Origin: Mobula hypostoma
Taxonomy: Eukaryota
Assembly: GCF_963921235.1 (NCBI RefSeq)
Contig: NC_086105.1
Coordinates: forward strand, 23,684,001 to 23,748,000
DNA length: 64,000 nt
Reading direction: 5' to 3'
Shown here in pieces: positions 36,639 through 49,575 of this stretch; the stretch's first letter is position 1, and each line of letters starts with the position of its first letter. The position numbers and the translations under genes were made by a program. Below the pieces are notes generated by a model. The model was not told the DNA's origin, searched no databases, and worked only from the letters and a program-made list of their open reading frames with translations.

Positions 36639-37699
36639 AAGGGGGCCTATTCTGGTTGGCTGCCTTTGACAAGTGGTGTTCCACAGGGGATGGTATTGGG
36701 ACCATTTCACATTAAATGTCAGTGATTTGGATGATAGGATTGATAGCTTTATAACCAAGTTTGCAGAAGATGCAAAGATAGGTGGAGGAGCCAACAGTGG
36801 TGAGAAAGCAGGGAGTCTGCAGAAGGTCTTGGACAGACTGGGAGAAGTGGTAGATAGAATATGGTGGAGAGAAGTGTATAGCCTTACATTTTGGGAGAAG
36901 GATAAACATGTACACTATTTTCTCAATGGAGAGCAAATTCAAAAATCAGAGTTGCAGAGGAACTTGGGAGTCCTTTTGCTGGGTTCCATAAAGGTTGACT
37001 TTCAGGTTGAGTCTGTGGTAAGGAAGCCAAATGCGATGTTAGCAAGCTGTGATGCTGAGCCTTTATAAGGCATTGGTCAGAGCAGACTTGGAGAGTTGTG
37101 AGCAGTTTTGGATCCCTTATCTAAGGAACTATGTGCAGGCATTGGACTGGGTCCAAAAGGAGTTCACAAAAAATAAAAGGGTTATCATATGAGGAGTGTT
37201 TGATGGTTCTGGGCCTGAATACCCTGGAGTTTAGAAGAATGAGGGGTATTCTCATTGAAGTCTATCGAACATTGAAAGGCCTAGACAGGTGGATGTGGAG
37301 AGGATGTTTTCTATAATGTGTGAGTCTACTGCTAGGAGACACAGACTCAGAATAGAGGGATGCCCATTTTGAACAGAGATGAGAATGAATTTCTTTAGCA
37401 AGAGGGTGGTAATTCTTTGGGAGTCATTGCCACGGATGTCTGTGGAGGCCAAATCATTGAGTTAGTTCGGGCATCAAAGGTAATGGGCAGAAGGCAAGAG
37501 AATAGTGTTGAGAGGGATAATAAATCAACCATGATAGAATAATGGAGCAGACTTGATGGACCAAGAGGCCTAATTTTACTCCTTATGGTCTTATGGTCTT
37601 TCCTCTTCAGGATCTGGTTGTCATCTACAAAGTCCAACACTTAATTTCCATCTCTAATTCCCTTGGAAAAAGTGGTGATGAGCTAGATCATTCCATCTC

Positions 37700-38000
37700 A
37701 ACAGTACATGTAGAGAACATTTCTCCTAGTACTTTGGTACAATGTGACTACCAAGCACAGACCACAGTACTTTGGGACTAAAGTCATCAGATTTCCCTGC
37801 CAAAAAGACGTAAGTGGTCCAGTTGGGTTTTGATAACTAGCTGGGTAGCTTCACGATCAGTTTTGATGATACCAGTTTTTTAAATTCCACATTATGTAAT
37901 AAATTATTTACATTTCTCATTTCCATTGAAGGAATTTTATCTCATGCCTTAGGATCTTTAGTTCAGGTTTCTGGATTACGGTTCCAACAGTTTCACTTGG
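37700..38000 (-). mobile_element. Decayed old SINE-like repeat
   Basis: Blocks CAGATTTCCCTGCC, CCAGTTGGGTTTT, GATACCAGTTTTTTAAATTCCA and TCTGGATTAC resemble recalled chondrichthyan tRNA-SINE consensus in reverse. Confidence 0.4.
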
Positions 38001-39569
38001 GGGACTTCAGCCAGAGCAGTGAGTTCATATTCCTTCTCAGTCTGGTGGGCCGTCACAAATAGAACATCTGGATCTGCCTTGTGCATGAACGTTCAGCAGA
38101 TTAAGAAATCCTGGCAACATCTCTAACAGAATGTTGAAATCATCCAAAAGTATGAAGTCTACGACTACAGCCAAAGGTAAACTGTGTCCATCAGGTTGTG
38201 AAAACAACAGATCTTGTTCAAGCCTGCCAAGATTTGATAGTTTGAGCCACATTCTATAGTTCTTATGAAGGTTGAACAACGCACCTCTATCTCTGATGCA
38301 ACTGCAGATGGCCAACGGGTGTTGCTGGCTGTCCAGGCAGTGCCTCTTCGACTTCTTACGGTATGACAGCACAAGCAACGCTGATCCACAGAGTTGCAGT
38401 GAAGAAGTTGGAATAAAAAGGTGAGCCTAATTCCACTCTAAGGTTTGCACAGGGGAAAAAAAATCATACCTGCTCCTGAAGAGTGCAAACATGAAATAAA
38501 ATTAGAGAATCCTAGAAATCGCAGGTCAGGCAGCATCTGTGGAAACTGAAACGGAATTAGCATTTCAGGTCAAAGACCCTCTGTTAGATCAGTGATTCCG
38601 CACTTTCAGAGGTAGTGGCAGAGCAAGAGATCAGTTGTACCCATGTCTGCCCTGTATCGTATGCTGTGCATGCCTGTTGTGGTGTGCAGGCGTAGAAATC
38701 CAAAGCACACACTGGAGCTGCCTAGAGGTCCTCTACAGACGCGTGATGAACAGTCAACATGAACCACCCCATTATTTTCTCATTACACCAATAGACACTC
38801 TGCCTTTGCCAGATTTTTCCGAGACTGGGAAACACATGCCCTAGTAATTGTATTTCCAACCTGCTGGTGAAGTGGCTGTAAACTAGCAATTAACTTTAAA
38901 TTACCAAACCATCAGAAAAACACACTTTGATTAAACCTGGAAATTGGCTGCTGCATCATGTGTGTGGTGGCTATAAACCTCTGTCTACCATGAAACACAG
39001 TCACTCTCTGGGATTAAATTTCTCCCCCAATCCCTTGTTTCAAGAATGGATGTAAAGCATCAGGATTCTGGCAGAAGTGCCATTATTGAATTTAACTGAT
39101 TTAAATGAGTCCTTCATTTAAACAGACTGCCTTTATGGCAGCATCAAAAGGCTACCTCTCTAAAATGTCTTCTTACCAATTCCTATTTTTAAAATAGCAT
39201 TTATAGTCAGAATGTTCTTTTCCAAACTAAGAAGGAAGGCTTTGGTTAATGTCAGTATTATTGCATTCAAAATCAAAGACAAAATTTAGATATCATATCT
39301 GCACCATACCATATCAAAACCTAGTATCAGTAAAATTATAATACAAGATTGAAGAAGAGTTCTTTACTCAGGAGTATGGCTAATAACTGCTATTTGATCT
39401 GCATACTACAAATCAAATAGGTAGTTTGTAATAAACCCTAGTTCCCTTTCTCATCTTAACAAGTACATCAAATAGCTTATTTTAATAATTACCTTGTCAA
39501 TTAGTGGTATAATACATTTTGGAAACTTTCCAAAGGAAACCTAATTGAAACACAATAACAATGCCTTTG

Positions 39570-40100
39570 AACAGGAAGTCCTACAAAAAGTAGTGGATTT
39601 GGCCCAGTATATCACAGATAAAGCCCTCCCAACCATTAAGCACATCTAAATGAAACACTGTCATAGGAAAGTAGCATCAGGGAGCCCCACCACCCAGATT
39701 ATACTCTCTTCTCACTGCTGCCATCAGGCAGCAGGTACAAGAGCTTCAGGACTTGCACCACCAGGTTCAGGAACAGTTACTACCCCTCAACCATCAGGCT
39801 GTTGAGCATAAAGGGATAATTACACTCAACTTTACTTGCCCCATCATTGAAATGCTACCACAACCAATGAACTCACTTTCATGGACTCTTCATCTCATGT
39901 TTTCTTTATTTATTGCTATTTATTTATATTTGCATTTGCACAATTTGTTGTTTTCTATAACAATGGTTGATCTTTCATTGTTCCTGTTACAGTTACTATT
40001 CTATAGATTTGTTGAGGATGTCCTTAAGAAAATAAATCTCAGGGTTGTGTATGGGATAGTAATAGACTTCGATTAAAAATGTACTTTGAACTTTGAACTT
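39570..40100 (+). mobile_element. Rex1/Babar-type 3' end
   Basis: Homologous to 22985-23515; ends (ACTTTGA)n. Confidence 0.8.
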
Positions 40101-42710
40101 TAACCTTTATTTATGCAATACAATTTCTTTTCTGATACATGGTTGTATTGTTGCATGGTAACTTTAATTACTTGATAATGCATTGGTTACTTACATAAAT
40201 AACCCTGGGATCGGGTATATAGTTATGATGTACGTATTACAAATTGTAAGAAAATACATTGCAGAAGACAGAATGCTGGTTACTTCTTGGATTCACCAGA
40301 AATTCCTTTCTTAGTCACATCTGGGACAACCTTATAGAATGGTGTTTGGAAGAAGCTGAATCTACAAAGGGTAAATAAACTGACCCTGTTAAATTGGTGA
40401 CCAGTCCTGGGCTGCATTGAAGTAAGTGATTAATATGCACTCATTTCTGAAGACTAGTATATGATCTCTAATTAAATAGGTGCAATGTCTTGGAAGTGGA
40501 ATAAAACAGATAAGCAAATAACTTTCGTATTATTTGATTTTGACTAGCTATTTTTATAAAGAAACTAAAGATATGTGAAATAATTTCTAGTCAAAATATA
40601 GAATTGCTGTAGGAGAAATCAGACCAAGATTAAAGCGGCATGACATTCTTCATTTGATGCCATAAAGTGCATGGTGCTTGCCGACATGCACATGTCACAA
40701 GATCTCATGATGCTAATTGGATCATTGACAAGCATTCTGCAGTTATTCACAAACTATTATGAATCAGTTTATTTCAATTTCCACCACTTCAACGTTGCAA
40801 TAATGTTTAAATCACCATAAGTGATAACAAAGTGTTTTCTGAGTGAGTGATAGTGTTTGTATTCAAATTCTGAGATCAGCTGAACTTGAAAATAAATCAA
40901 GATTACATACTGCCTGATATTATCATCTTTGATTGACACTCAAGAGGGTGTATTGTACTATATCTATTTTAGAATACATTTAAAATCCACAATAAAAATA
41001 GAATTAAAAGGACTTACATATCTTTAGTTACATTACCAGTGCAATATCCCACTAAATTTAAGCCCTTGAAGTGTATTTGTCATATTTTGCCAAATGTACC
41101 TTATACTACTTACTCCCATTTCTTTTATTCTGCCTTTCAGCCACTAAATTTCCAAAATAAATTTGGGAATATCCTCCACAATTTTCTTTTAGTTGATGTA
41201 CCTGTCACAATTAAAAGTGATAAGGTTAATGAGCTTGGAAAAGGAAAATGGCACAACTTAATAACTTATGGAGATACAATATATTCCTTATGCAGATGTT
41301 GGTGTTGTGTATTTAATATTTCACAAGAGATAACAGGATTTTCCATACTGAATGGATTTTGCAGTATTTTAAAGCAAATGGAATAGCCAATGAGAAACAA
41401 GCACCAATTTTTCTGACTGTATTGGATTTAAAGGCATACGGTTTGCTTACAAGTAATACAAAATAGAACATAGAATAATACAGCACAGAAACAGGCCTTT
41501 TGGCCCTTCCTAGATGTGACAAACCATTTTTGGTTGGAGGTACTCCAACCAAATGATGTAGGAACTCAGCAGGCCAGGCAGCATCTATGAAAAAGAGTAA
41601 GCAGTCAATGTTTTGGGCCAAGACTCTTCATCAGGACTGGAAAGAAAGAGGAGAAGTCAGGTTAAGAAGGTGGGGAGAGGGAAAGAGATTTACTTTGAAG
41701 ATTGATTTCTCCAACCAAACGAGCCAAAATGAGCTTTGCTGATATCATATAAGTAGTGCAAGACTATCTGGAATTGAAACCATTGTTGATTGCAGAAAGC
41801 TTAAGGTTTCATAAGTGGGATCAAAAGGAAAGGGAGCATACGTGTTGAATTGAAGAGGTTTACTGAGCATTGTCAGTTTGGTAATGGACTTGGTGATGCA
41901 CTGAGAGATTATTTTGTTCATGGTATCTTACAAGAAAGCATCAAAATGGCTCTTAACTGAAGCACACCTTACATTTAAAAGAGCAGTTGAAATAGCTGTA
42001 TTAATGGAAACATCAGACAGAGACACAATTAAGTTGCAATCAGGAATGAAAGTGAGTGTGAACAAAATTACAACGTCTAAACAGAAACTGGCCTGGCCAC
42101 ACAAATTGTGTTACCATTGTGGTAGGGGCTCACACACCAAACTGATGCAGATTTAAAGGTGCAACTTGCAGAAATTGCAACAAAGTAGGATGCATACAAA
42201 GAGCATGTTGGTCAGACAAAAATAAATGGACTGCAAAGGGAAGAGAAAAAGATAAAAATTCTGGTTGCAGTTGTAAAAAGAGCACCAATCTGCATACTGT
42301 TGATGAAAATTCTGATAATGATGAAAGTGGCACAAGACTGCGTAGCCCTGAGAGTTACAATTGTGAAAGTTAACAAGACACAAGCAATATGCTTACACCA
42401 GAAGTGAATGACAAATTAATTAAAGTCAAATTGGACATTGGTTTGGCTGTTCAGCATCTGATATGTTAATCAGGCAGTTACTTCCAAAATGTGTCTTGGA
42501 TTTAAACTGAAAGGGAGTTCAAAGAGCTTCTGGAAAGGTGCAAGCATTCATCTTTTCTGAGTATAAGAAACCAGAAGCTACTTTGTGTGCATTTAGGTTA
42601 TTGCATGAACTTCAAGTGAGAGACAAAAAGCTGCTTGTAAAAGTAGATGCAAAGACCAAACCCCAGCTGGATGAATGAAAGGGCAGAAAAGAAAGGAGTC
42701 AATGGAGATA

Positions 42711-43332
42711 CAAGGGGTGATTGATAAGTTCGTGGCCTAAGGTAGAAGGAGTCAATTTTAGAAAACATAGTACATTTATTTTTCAACATAGACCCCTCCT
42801 ACATTTACACACTTAGTCCAGCGGTCGTGGAGCATATGAATCCCTTCTTTGTAGAAGTGGTCCGCAGCAGGGTGATTGATAAGTTCGTGGCCTAAGGTAG
42901 AAGGAGATGAGTTATTAACTTTGAACTTTCTGTATTATCACTCAAAGAGTTGAACTGCACGTGCATGTAACAAGAGCATCTTGGACCTCCAGGTGATCCA
43001 CAGCAAGAGTGATTGATAAGTTTGTGGCCTAAGGTAGAAGGAGATGAGTTATACAGCTCTCGTTACATGTACGTGCAGTTCAACTCTTTGAGTGAAAATC
43101 CAGAAAGTTTGAAATTTCTCCTCGTCTCCTTGCACTTTAGGCCACAAATTTATCAATTACCCCTGCTGTGGACCACCTTCTGGAGGTCCAAGACGCCCAC
43201 TTCTACAAAGGAGGGATCTGTACGCTCCACGACTGCTGGACTAAGTGTGTAAATGTAGGAAAAATAAATGTGCTAGGTTTTCTAAAATTGACTCCGTCTC
43301 CCTTAGGCCTCAAACTTATCGATCATCCCTGT
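42711..43332. mobile_element. Non-autonomous mariner derivative (fold-back, five TIR copies), copy 1
   Basis: TA|CAAGGGGTGATTGATAAGTTCGTGGCCTAAGG ... inverted end|TA. Carries mariner transposase C-terminus FYKGGICTLHDCWTKCVNVG. Confidence 0.88.
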
Positions 43333-43591
43333 TACGAAAACAAAGGATTCATAAGATGATGTTGTGGATGAGGAAACCAAGTGGAGAGATCAGATCCTAG
43401 AAGGAGTAATAAGAGAATATTCCAGTAAACTAAATGTACATTTAGATGCACGAACTAGAAGAATAAAAAGGAAAGAGAAAAAAAGTGTCCATAACTGTCA
43501 GAACCACGTCCTGCAGACTCAGAGTCATCTCCTACAACCTCCACAGAGGAGGCCCCAGAACCCTGAGATTGTTTTCACAGCCACAAGTCTC

Positions 43592-44490
43592 ATAAGACCA
43601 TAAGATATAGGAGCTGAAGTAGGTCATTCGGCTCTTCGAGTCTGCTCCACCATTCAATCATGGATTGATCTAATTCTTCCAGTCATCCCCACTCCCCTGC
43701 TTTCACCCCGTACCCTTTGATGTCCTGGCTAATCAAGAACCTGTCTATTTCTTCCTTAAATACACCCAATGACTTGGCCTCCACAGCCGCTCGTGGCAAC
43801 AAATTCTACAGATTTACCACCCTCTGACTGAAGTAATTTGTCCACATCTCAGTTCTAAATGGACATCCTTCAATCCTGAAGTCATGCCCTCTTGTCCTAT
43901 AATCCCCTACCATGGGAAATAACTTTGCCGTATCTAATCTGTTCAGGCCTTTTAACATTCTGAATGTTTCTATGAGATCCCCCTTCATTCTCCTGAACTC
44001 CAGGGAATACAGCCCAAGAGCTGCCAGACGTTCATCATATGGTAACCCTTTCATTCCTGGAATCATTCTCATGAATCTTCTCTTAAACCTCTTCAATGTC
44101 AGTATATCCTTTCTAAAATAAGGAGGCCAAAACTGCAGACAATACTCCAAGTGTGGTCTCATGAGTGCCTTATAGAGCCTCAACATCACAACCCTGCTCT
44201 TATATTCTATACCTCTAGAAATGGAATGGCAACATTGCATTTGCCTTCTTCACAACCGACTCAACTTGGAGATTAACCTTCAAGGGCATCTTGCACAAGG
44301 ACTCCCAAGTCCCTTTGCATCTTTGCATTTTGAACTCTCTCCCCATCTAAATAATAGTATGCCCATTTATTTCTTCCACCAAAGTTCATGACCATACACT
44401 TTCCAACATTGTATTTCATTTGCCACTTCTTTTCCCATTCCCCTAAACTATCTAAGTCTCTCTGCCGGCTCTCTGTTTCCTCAACACTAC
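43592..44490 (-). mobile_element. CR1 LINE 3' fragment nested in Gypsy
   Basis: LYKALMRPHLEYCLQFW...LGLYSLEFRRMKGDLIETF...RTRGH...FSQRVVNL; ATAAGACCATAAGA tail. Confidence 0.9.
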
Positions 44491-44636
44491 CCAGCAGATA
44501 CCTTCCTTGTACCAAGTACCAAGTTCCTTGTCAGGAAAGACATTACCCTACAAGAATAAGAAATCCTCCACATTGATTAAATCTTTAAACCTGAATGGGA
44601 CTATTTAAAACCTACTATGCAGTGGATGTCTATATA

Positions 44637-45259
44637 CAAGGGGTGATTGATAAGTTTGTGGCCTAAGGTAGAAAGAGTCAATTTTAGAAGACCTAGCATA
44701 TTTATTTTTCAACATAGCCCCCTCCTACATGTACGCACTTAGCCCAGCGGTCGTGGAGCATACGGATCCCTTGTTTGTGGAAGTGGTCCACAGCAGGAGT
44801 GATTGATAAGTTCGTGGCCTAAGGTAGAAGGAGATGAGTTATTAACTTTGAACTTTCTGCACTATCACTCAAAGAGTTGAACTGCACGTGCATGTAACAA
44901 GAGCGTCTTGGACCTCCAGGTGATCCACAGCAAGAGTGATTGATAAGTTCGTGGCCTAAGGTAGAAGGAGATGAGTTATACAGCTCTTGTTACATGCACG
45001 TGCAGTTCAACTCTTTGAGTGAAAATCCAGAAAGTTTGAAATTTCTCCTCATCTCCTTCTACTTTAGGCCACAAACTTATCAATCACCTCTGCTGTGGAC
45101 CACTTTCTGGAGGTCCAAGATGCCGACTTCTACAAAGAAGGGATCCATATGCTCCACGACTGCTGGACTAAGTGTGTAAATGTAGGAAAAATAAATGTGC
45201 TAGGTTTTCTAAAATTGACTCTTTCTACCTTAGGCCACGAACTTATCAATCACCCCTCG
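44637..45259. mobile_element. Non-autonomous mariner derivative (fold-back, five TIR copies), copy 2
   Basis: TA|CAAGGGGTGATTGATAAG ... CTTATCAATCACCCCTCG|TA, 623 bp, colinear with copy 1. Confidence 0.9.
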
Positions 45260-46104
45260 TAGTAGTTATAGTATACTGTATATACTGTTGTATATTTAAT
45301 ATTTCAGTAATATTGTAAATGTATTGTTTAATTAAGCATTCGTTGTTGTTTAAATAATTCACTGTGGGTTATATATAAAAGTACTTGCATGGCATACATC
45401 ATTGTGCCAACACGTTATACGTTTGCAGCTCACTTAAAGTAAAAACAAAGTTAGACTCGCGTTCTGGACTCTCTGTGTTTTCCTTACAATTAGTTTTATG
45501 TTTTGGAGTTACAAAAGATAACATTTGGAATCTGGAGGAACTCAGCAGGCTGAGCAACATTGGCAAAAAGAAATGAATTTCAGATCAAAACCCCGCATCA
45601 AGACAAATTCTTATGGGATATCTACACTGTTACTCCTGGGAAGCCATTTTATTACTTTCAAGGTAAATGTGTTTTAGGTATACAAACATTTGTATATTAC
45701 CTGAGAAGCACAAACCTGTCATTACTGCATACAGAAAACAATTTCCAGCTTTCCAAAAGATGTGGCAGCAAAACTATTTGGCTTGGCCTCAGAGAAGGGA
45801 AGGTCAGAGGAGATGAAGACCTGGCATGGATGAGAGCGGGGATCAGAGGGCGGGATGGGGTTTGTAGTGTCAGAGGAGAGGGGAGGGTTGGGGTGTTCAG
45901 GGAAGGTGGAGTGAGAAGAAGACGGAGTCTCCAAGCACCCAAGAGCTGGTGGTGGAGCCTGAGAGACATGGGATTGCAGAGTGGTGGTGGGGGAAGATGA
46001 GGAGTCAGAGTAACAAAGTTGGGGGGAGGAAATGTTGACTGTACTCTTTTCCATAGATGCTGCCTGGCCTGCTGAGTTCCTCCAGTATCTTGTGTGTGTT
46101 GCTC

Positions 46105-46785
46105 AGTAGAAAAAAGCCTGCTTGCATCTACCCTATCTATACCCCTCATAATTTTGTATATCTCTATCAACTCTCCCTTCATTTTCCTGCACTCAACGGA
46201 ATAAAGTCCTAATCTATTTAACCTTTCCTTATATCTCACGTCCTGGCAACATCATTGTAAATTTTCTCTGCACTCTTTGAAAGGTTCCTTTATTATCCAC
46301 GCATGTATCCATATACATTTCAATTTTATTGATATTTTTCCTGTGGGTATGTGACCAGAAGTGCACGCAATATTCCAAACTAGGCCTCACCAACATCTTA
46401 TACTTCAACATAACATCCCAACTCCTGTACTCAGTACTTCGATTTATAAAAACCAAAGTGCCAGAAGTTCTCTTTATGACCCTATCTACCTGTGGCACTA
46501 TAAGGAATCTATATACCTAGATTCCCCTGTTCTACCACAGTCCTTTGTCCCCTACAGCTCACCATGTAAGTTCTACCCTTGTTTGTCCTCCCAAAGTGCA
46601 ATACCTCACACTTGTGTGCATTAAATTCCTTCTGCCATTTTTCATTTCATTTTTCTAGCTGGTCCAGATCCCACTGCAAGCTCGATAGCCTTCCTCACTA
46701 TCAACTATGCCCCTACCCTGGAGTCATCTGCAAATTTGCTGGTCCGGTTTACCTTATAAGTTTCCAGATCATCGATATAGGTGAC
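46105..46785 (-). mobile_element. CR1 LINE fragment
   Basis: YKMLVRPSLEYCVHFW and ERLNRLGLYSVECRKMKGELIEIYKIMRGIDRV. Confidence 0.85.
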
Positions 46786-49269
46786 AATTCTGTTCTGATT
46801 TTTATGACATTCCATGACAATTAAGTAATGCAAAATAAAAGGATAATGAAGTTACACTCAATGAAATTATATGCTCTTTAAATGAAGTTTCTCACATATG
46901 TTACAATATTTTTTGCTTAACCCATTCAGTCATACAGAATTGCAAGTATTATTATGAGGCCATTTCAGCTTCAATGGGACTTGGATTCTATTATATCAGA
47001 ATATGCCAGAATGACAAGAATAATTAATAGGATTGCCCACAAAATAGATGCAAAGGTAGAAAATTGCTTCATTAAAAATTCATAAATTAATTTAGTTATG
47101 CAGTGAAGTCAACTCCTGATAAATGTATATTTCTTTTAAGCATAATTCTGAGTCAAGTTTAGATAGTACAAAATCACATCCTATTCATTCTCACTGTATA
47201 CTATTGACCCTTGGATAATAATGTTATGTCCTTGAATACACTGGATTCTACCTAACAACCAGATATTAGTCCATATCAACTAATATATATGGACCCCACC
47301 TGCCCATATTCACCAAACCTTATCTTGTTGGTGCTCTACATGTGGGAAATACCTGCTTAGATGTGCCAAAGTCTCAACAGAAAATAAATCTTGTAGAACC
47401 ACCTCCAAGGCCACCTTAGACAGTAGCTCAAGCTGTGGGTTGGACTTAGAAACTTTTGACAACCTATAAAGCCATTGCAACAATTTTAAATGCCTCTGAT
47501 GTAGAGAGAAAAATATTTAGTTTCAAAGTCCATAAATACTGATATTCAGAGGTATTTAAAGCAATCAAAATTGCTGTGGAAGAACAAAAAGAATTAGAAA
47601 CCGAAAAATCAATGCTCATTTGAACGTTGTTTCTGCTGAGTGCTCACACCTCAACTGATAACGAAACGTTTGCGACCTAACCTTCAGGCTCGGACAAGCA
47701 AGGAGTATCTGTAAATAAGGTGACTCTGACAGGAAATAATAAAGTAGTGATGGTGGGAGATGTCGTTGGGTGATTTCATGGGGGGAGACGTTGATCAGCC
47801 TTACTGCTTACAGAAAGTCACTGATTTTGAATCTGTTGGTTCTGGCGTGGATGCTGTGTAGCCCCCTCCTTGATGGCATTGGAACCCACTGTCCATAACA
47901 GGTGTGGGTAGGATCCTTGATGATGCTGCTGCCCTTAAAAACTACTTCTTAAAACTTCTTTTGAAGAAGCATCTTAATAACTACTTCTTTCATCCAGTTT
48001 TGTATCTCCTTACAAAAGATAATGTTCCTGTGAAATGCCATAGGATGTCAGACTAAGTTAAAGACACTATAAATATACTTTCTTGATGTATGAGAAGAAA
48101 TAAACTACAGAATCAATCTTTAGATTTCTACATTTACAGATGAAAGCTTTTAAAATTATTTTGAGCATAAAAACAATATTCCATTTATATCTAAAATCTT
48201 TAGTGAATTTTATATAACTATCTAAGGCTTTATTCATATGGAATTTGCATAACAAGCATGATTTATTTTCTAGCTAGCTTTAGCACATTATTTGTGAGAA
48301 TGCTTTGGGACCAGTCATATGGCCTCAATCTATCATAGGAGTTTGGGCCTGACAATGTAAAATATGCCTCACTGATTTATTTGAATACTAATCTTTTGCT
48401 TAACAGTAAAGAGGATATGATTTAAATCTGACTTCAGAATCTGAGAACAAAGATTTGAATTAAGCAGACTGATAGCAGTTCTGGACGCAACTACTGTCAA
48501 CCATTAAGGCCTCTGCTCCTTTCAGACTACAGTGCTTGTACAGTGTAATGCTGAAGTGTGGGATGAGTTAGAGGTCAGGTGCTGGTGCATTTGACCATCT
48601 ACTCCACCACTGAGTCCAACACTGAGGCAGTGATGCACGGAGGAGAAAGGGCCAGATGCACTTTGCATCTGGTCTCTTAGCTTTATGCCAGGGATGGCAG
48701 GTGTATGAAAAGAAACTCCATTCATTTGAATAGTTTACCAACCTTACAGAATAAAATAAATGCATTGAAGCATCTGAGTTCCTTTATTTGAATTTTAAAT
48801 TATCTGTTGGAATTTTAATGCATTGTCAACTTTCAGAGGGTTCTTTTTTTAAAAAAAAATCCTATTTATTAATCATTTGAGTAGCATTTAAATGTCTCTT
48901 GCCATCATTTGCTACTAAAAACTCTTCAAAGTCCTCTGAGGGCTGATGAATAATCAGTGCTGTCAATGGTTAAGGGGTTAGTTAGTCCTCAGGGTAAAAC
49001 GTCTCAGGTCTACTTCATGTTCAGAGCATGATTCTCTCATTGCACAGGGTCAATTCATCTGCCCTGTTTCCAAGAAAAGTAGGTGCAAGTGAGAACTATG
49101 AGTGATGATACTGTGAATCACCAAGGCATTCTGGCCCATTTTCTAGTCTGATCCATTTTGCAGTAGAGATGCATCATCTTTAAATGTAATATTGAACTAA
49201 GGCCTTTAACAGAAGATGTTAAAGATCCATAATATTGTTTCCAGAACAGCAGGGGAGAGTTCTGGAAAA

Positions 49270-49575
49270 TACTTTTTATTGTCAAAATAAACTTTATTCA
49301 TAATAAAAATAATTACAAGAATAAACTGTTCAATATATTTTAATTCTTTACATTCATAGTCAATGTTTTGCATATTATTCTACTACGTTCCTACACATCA
49401 ATAGCACTGCTACCACTCACGTGGCCCCTGGGGTGGTGTACCACTACAATAATTGAGGGCTTCCTCTCCCAGCCCCCACCCTCCCTCTCCAGTAGAAGAA
49501 GAAACCTATGGTTTGACTCTTCCACAGCGAGCCATTGCGGTGGCTGCACCAAGTTTCAGTAGGTCCCTCAACAGC
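49270..49575 (-). mobile_element. Probable L1/Tx1-type 3' end
   Basis: Minus-strand AATAAA signals with an A-rich end at about 49272-49300, preceded by a GC-richer coding-like tail (CTTGGTGCAGCCACCGCAATGGCTCGCTGTGGAAG). Confidence 0.45.

Larger units (their letters stand above)
35340..37597 (+). mobile_element. CR1 LINE ORF2 remnant interrupted by a Penelope element
   Basis: YRPVSLISVVGKMLES, DVIFLYFQQAFDKVP, KFAEDAKIGG and LEFRRMRG.LIEVY; (TCTTATGG)n tail at about 37580-37597. Confidence 0.88.
41690..45523 (+). mobile_element. Internally deleted Gypsy/Ty3 LTR retrotransposon (gag, protease start, pol C-terminal tail, probable 3' LTR) hosting three nested insertions
   Basis: EHCQFG..L.DALRD.FV.G and LTEAHLTFKRAVEIA; zinc knuckles CYHCGRGSH and CRNCNKVG(C)IQRAC; protease-like KVKLDIG; terminal RHYPTRIRNPP; end ...GTTACAAAAGATAACA at about 45523. 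Confidence 0.75.

Noticed and set aside
42711-45259. Recurring unit of about 33 bp resembling a CRISPR array
   Set aside because: Units occur in both orientations, the spacers are long and themselves repeated, ends are TA-flanked mariner TIRs, the context is eukaryotic and there are no cas genes.
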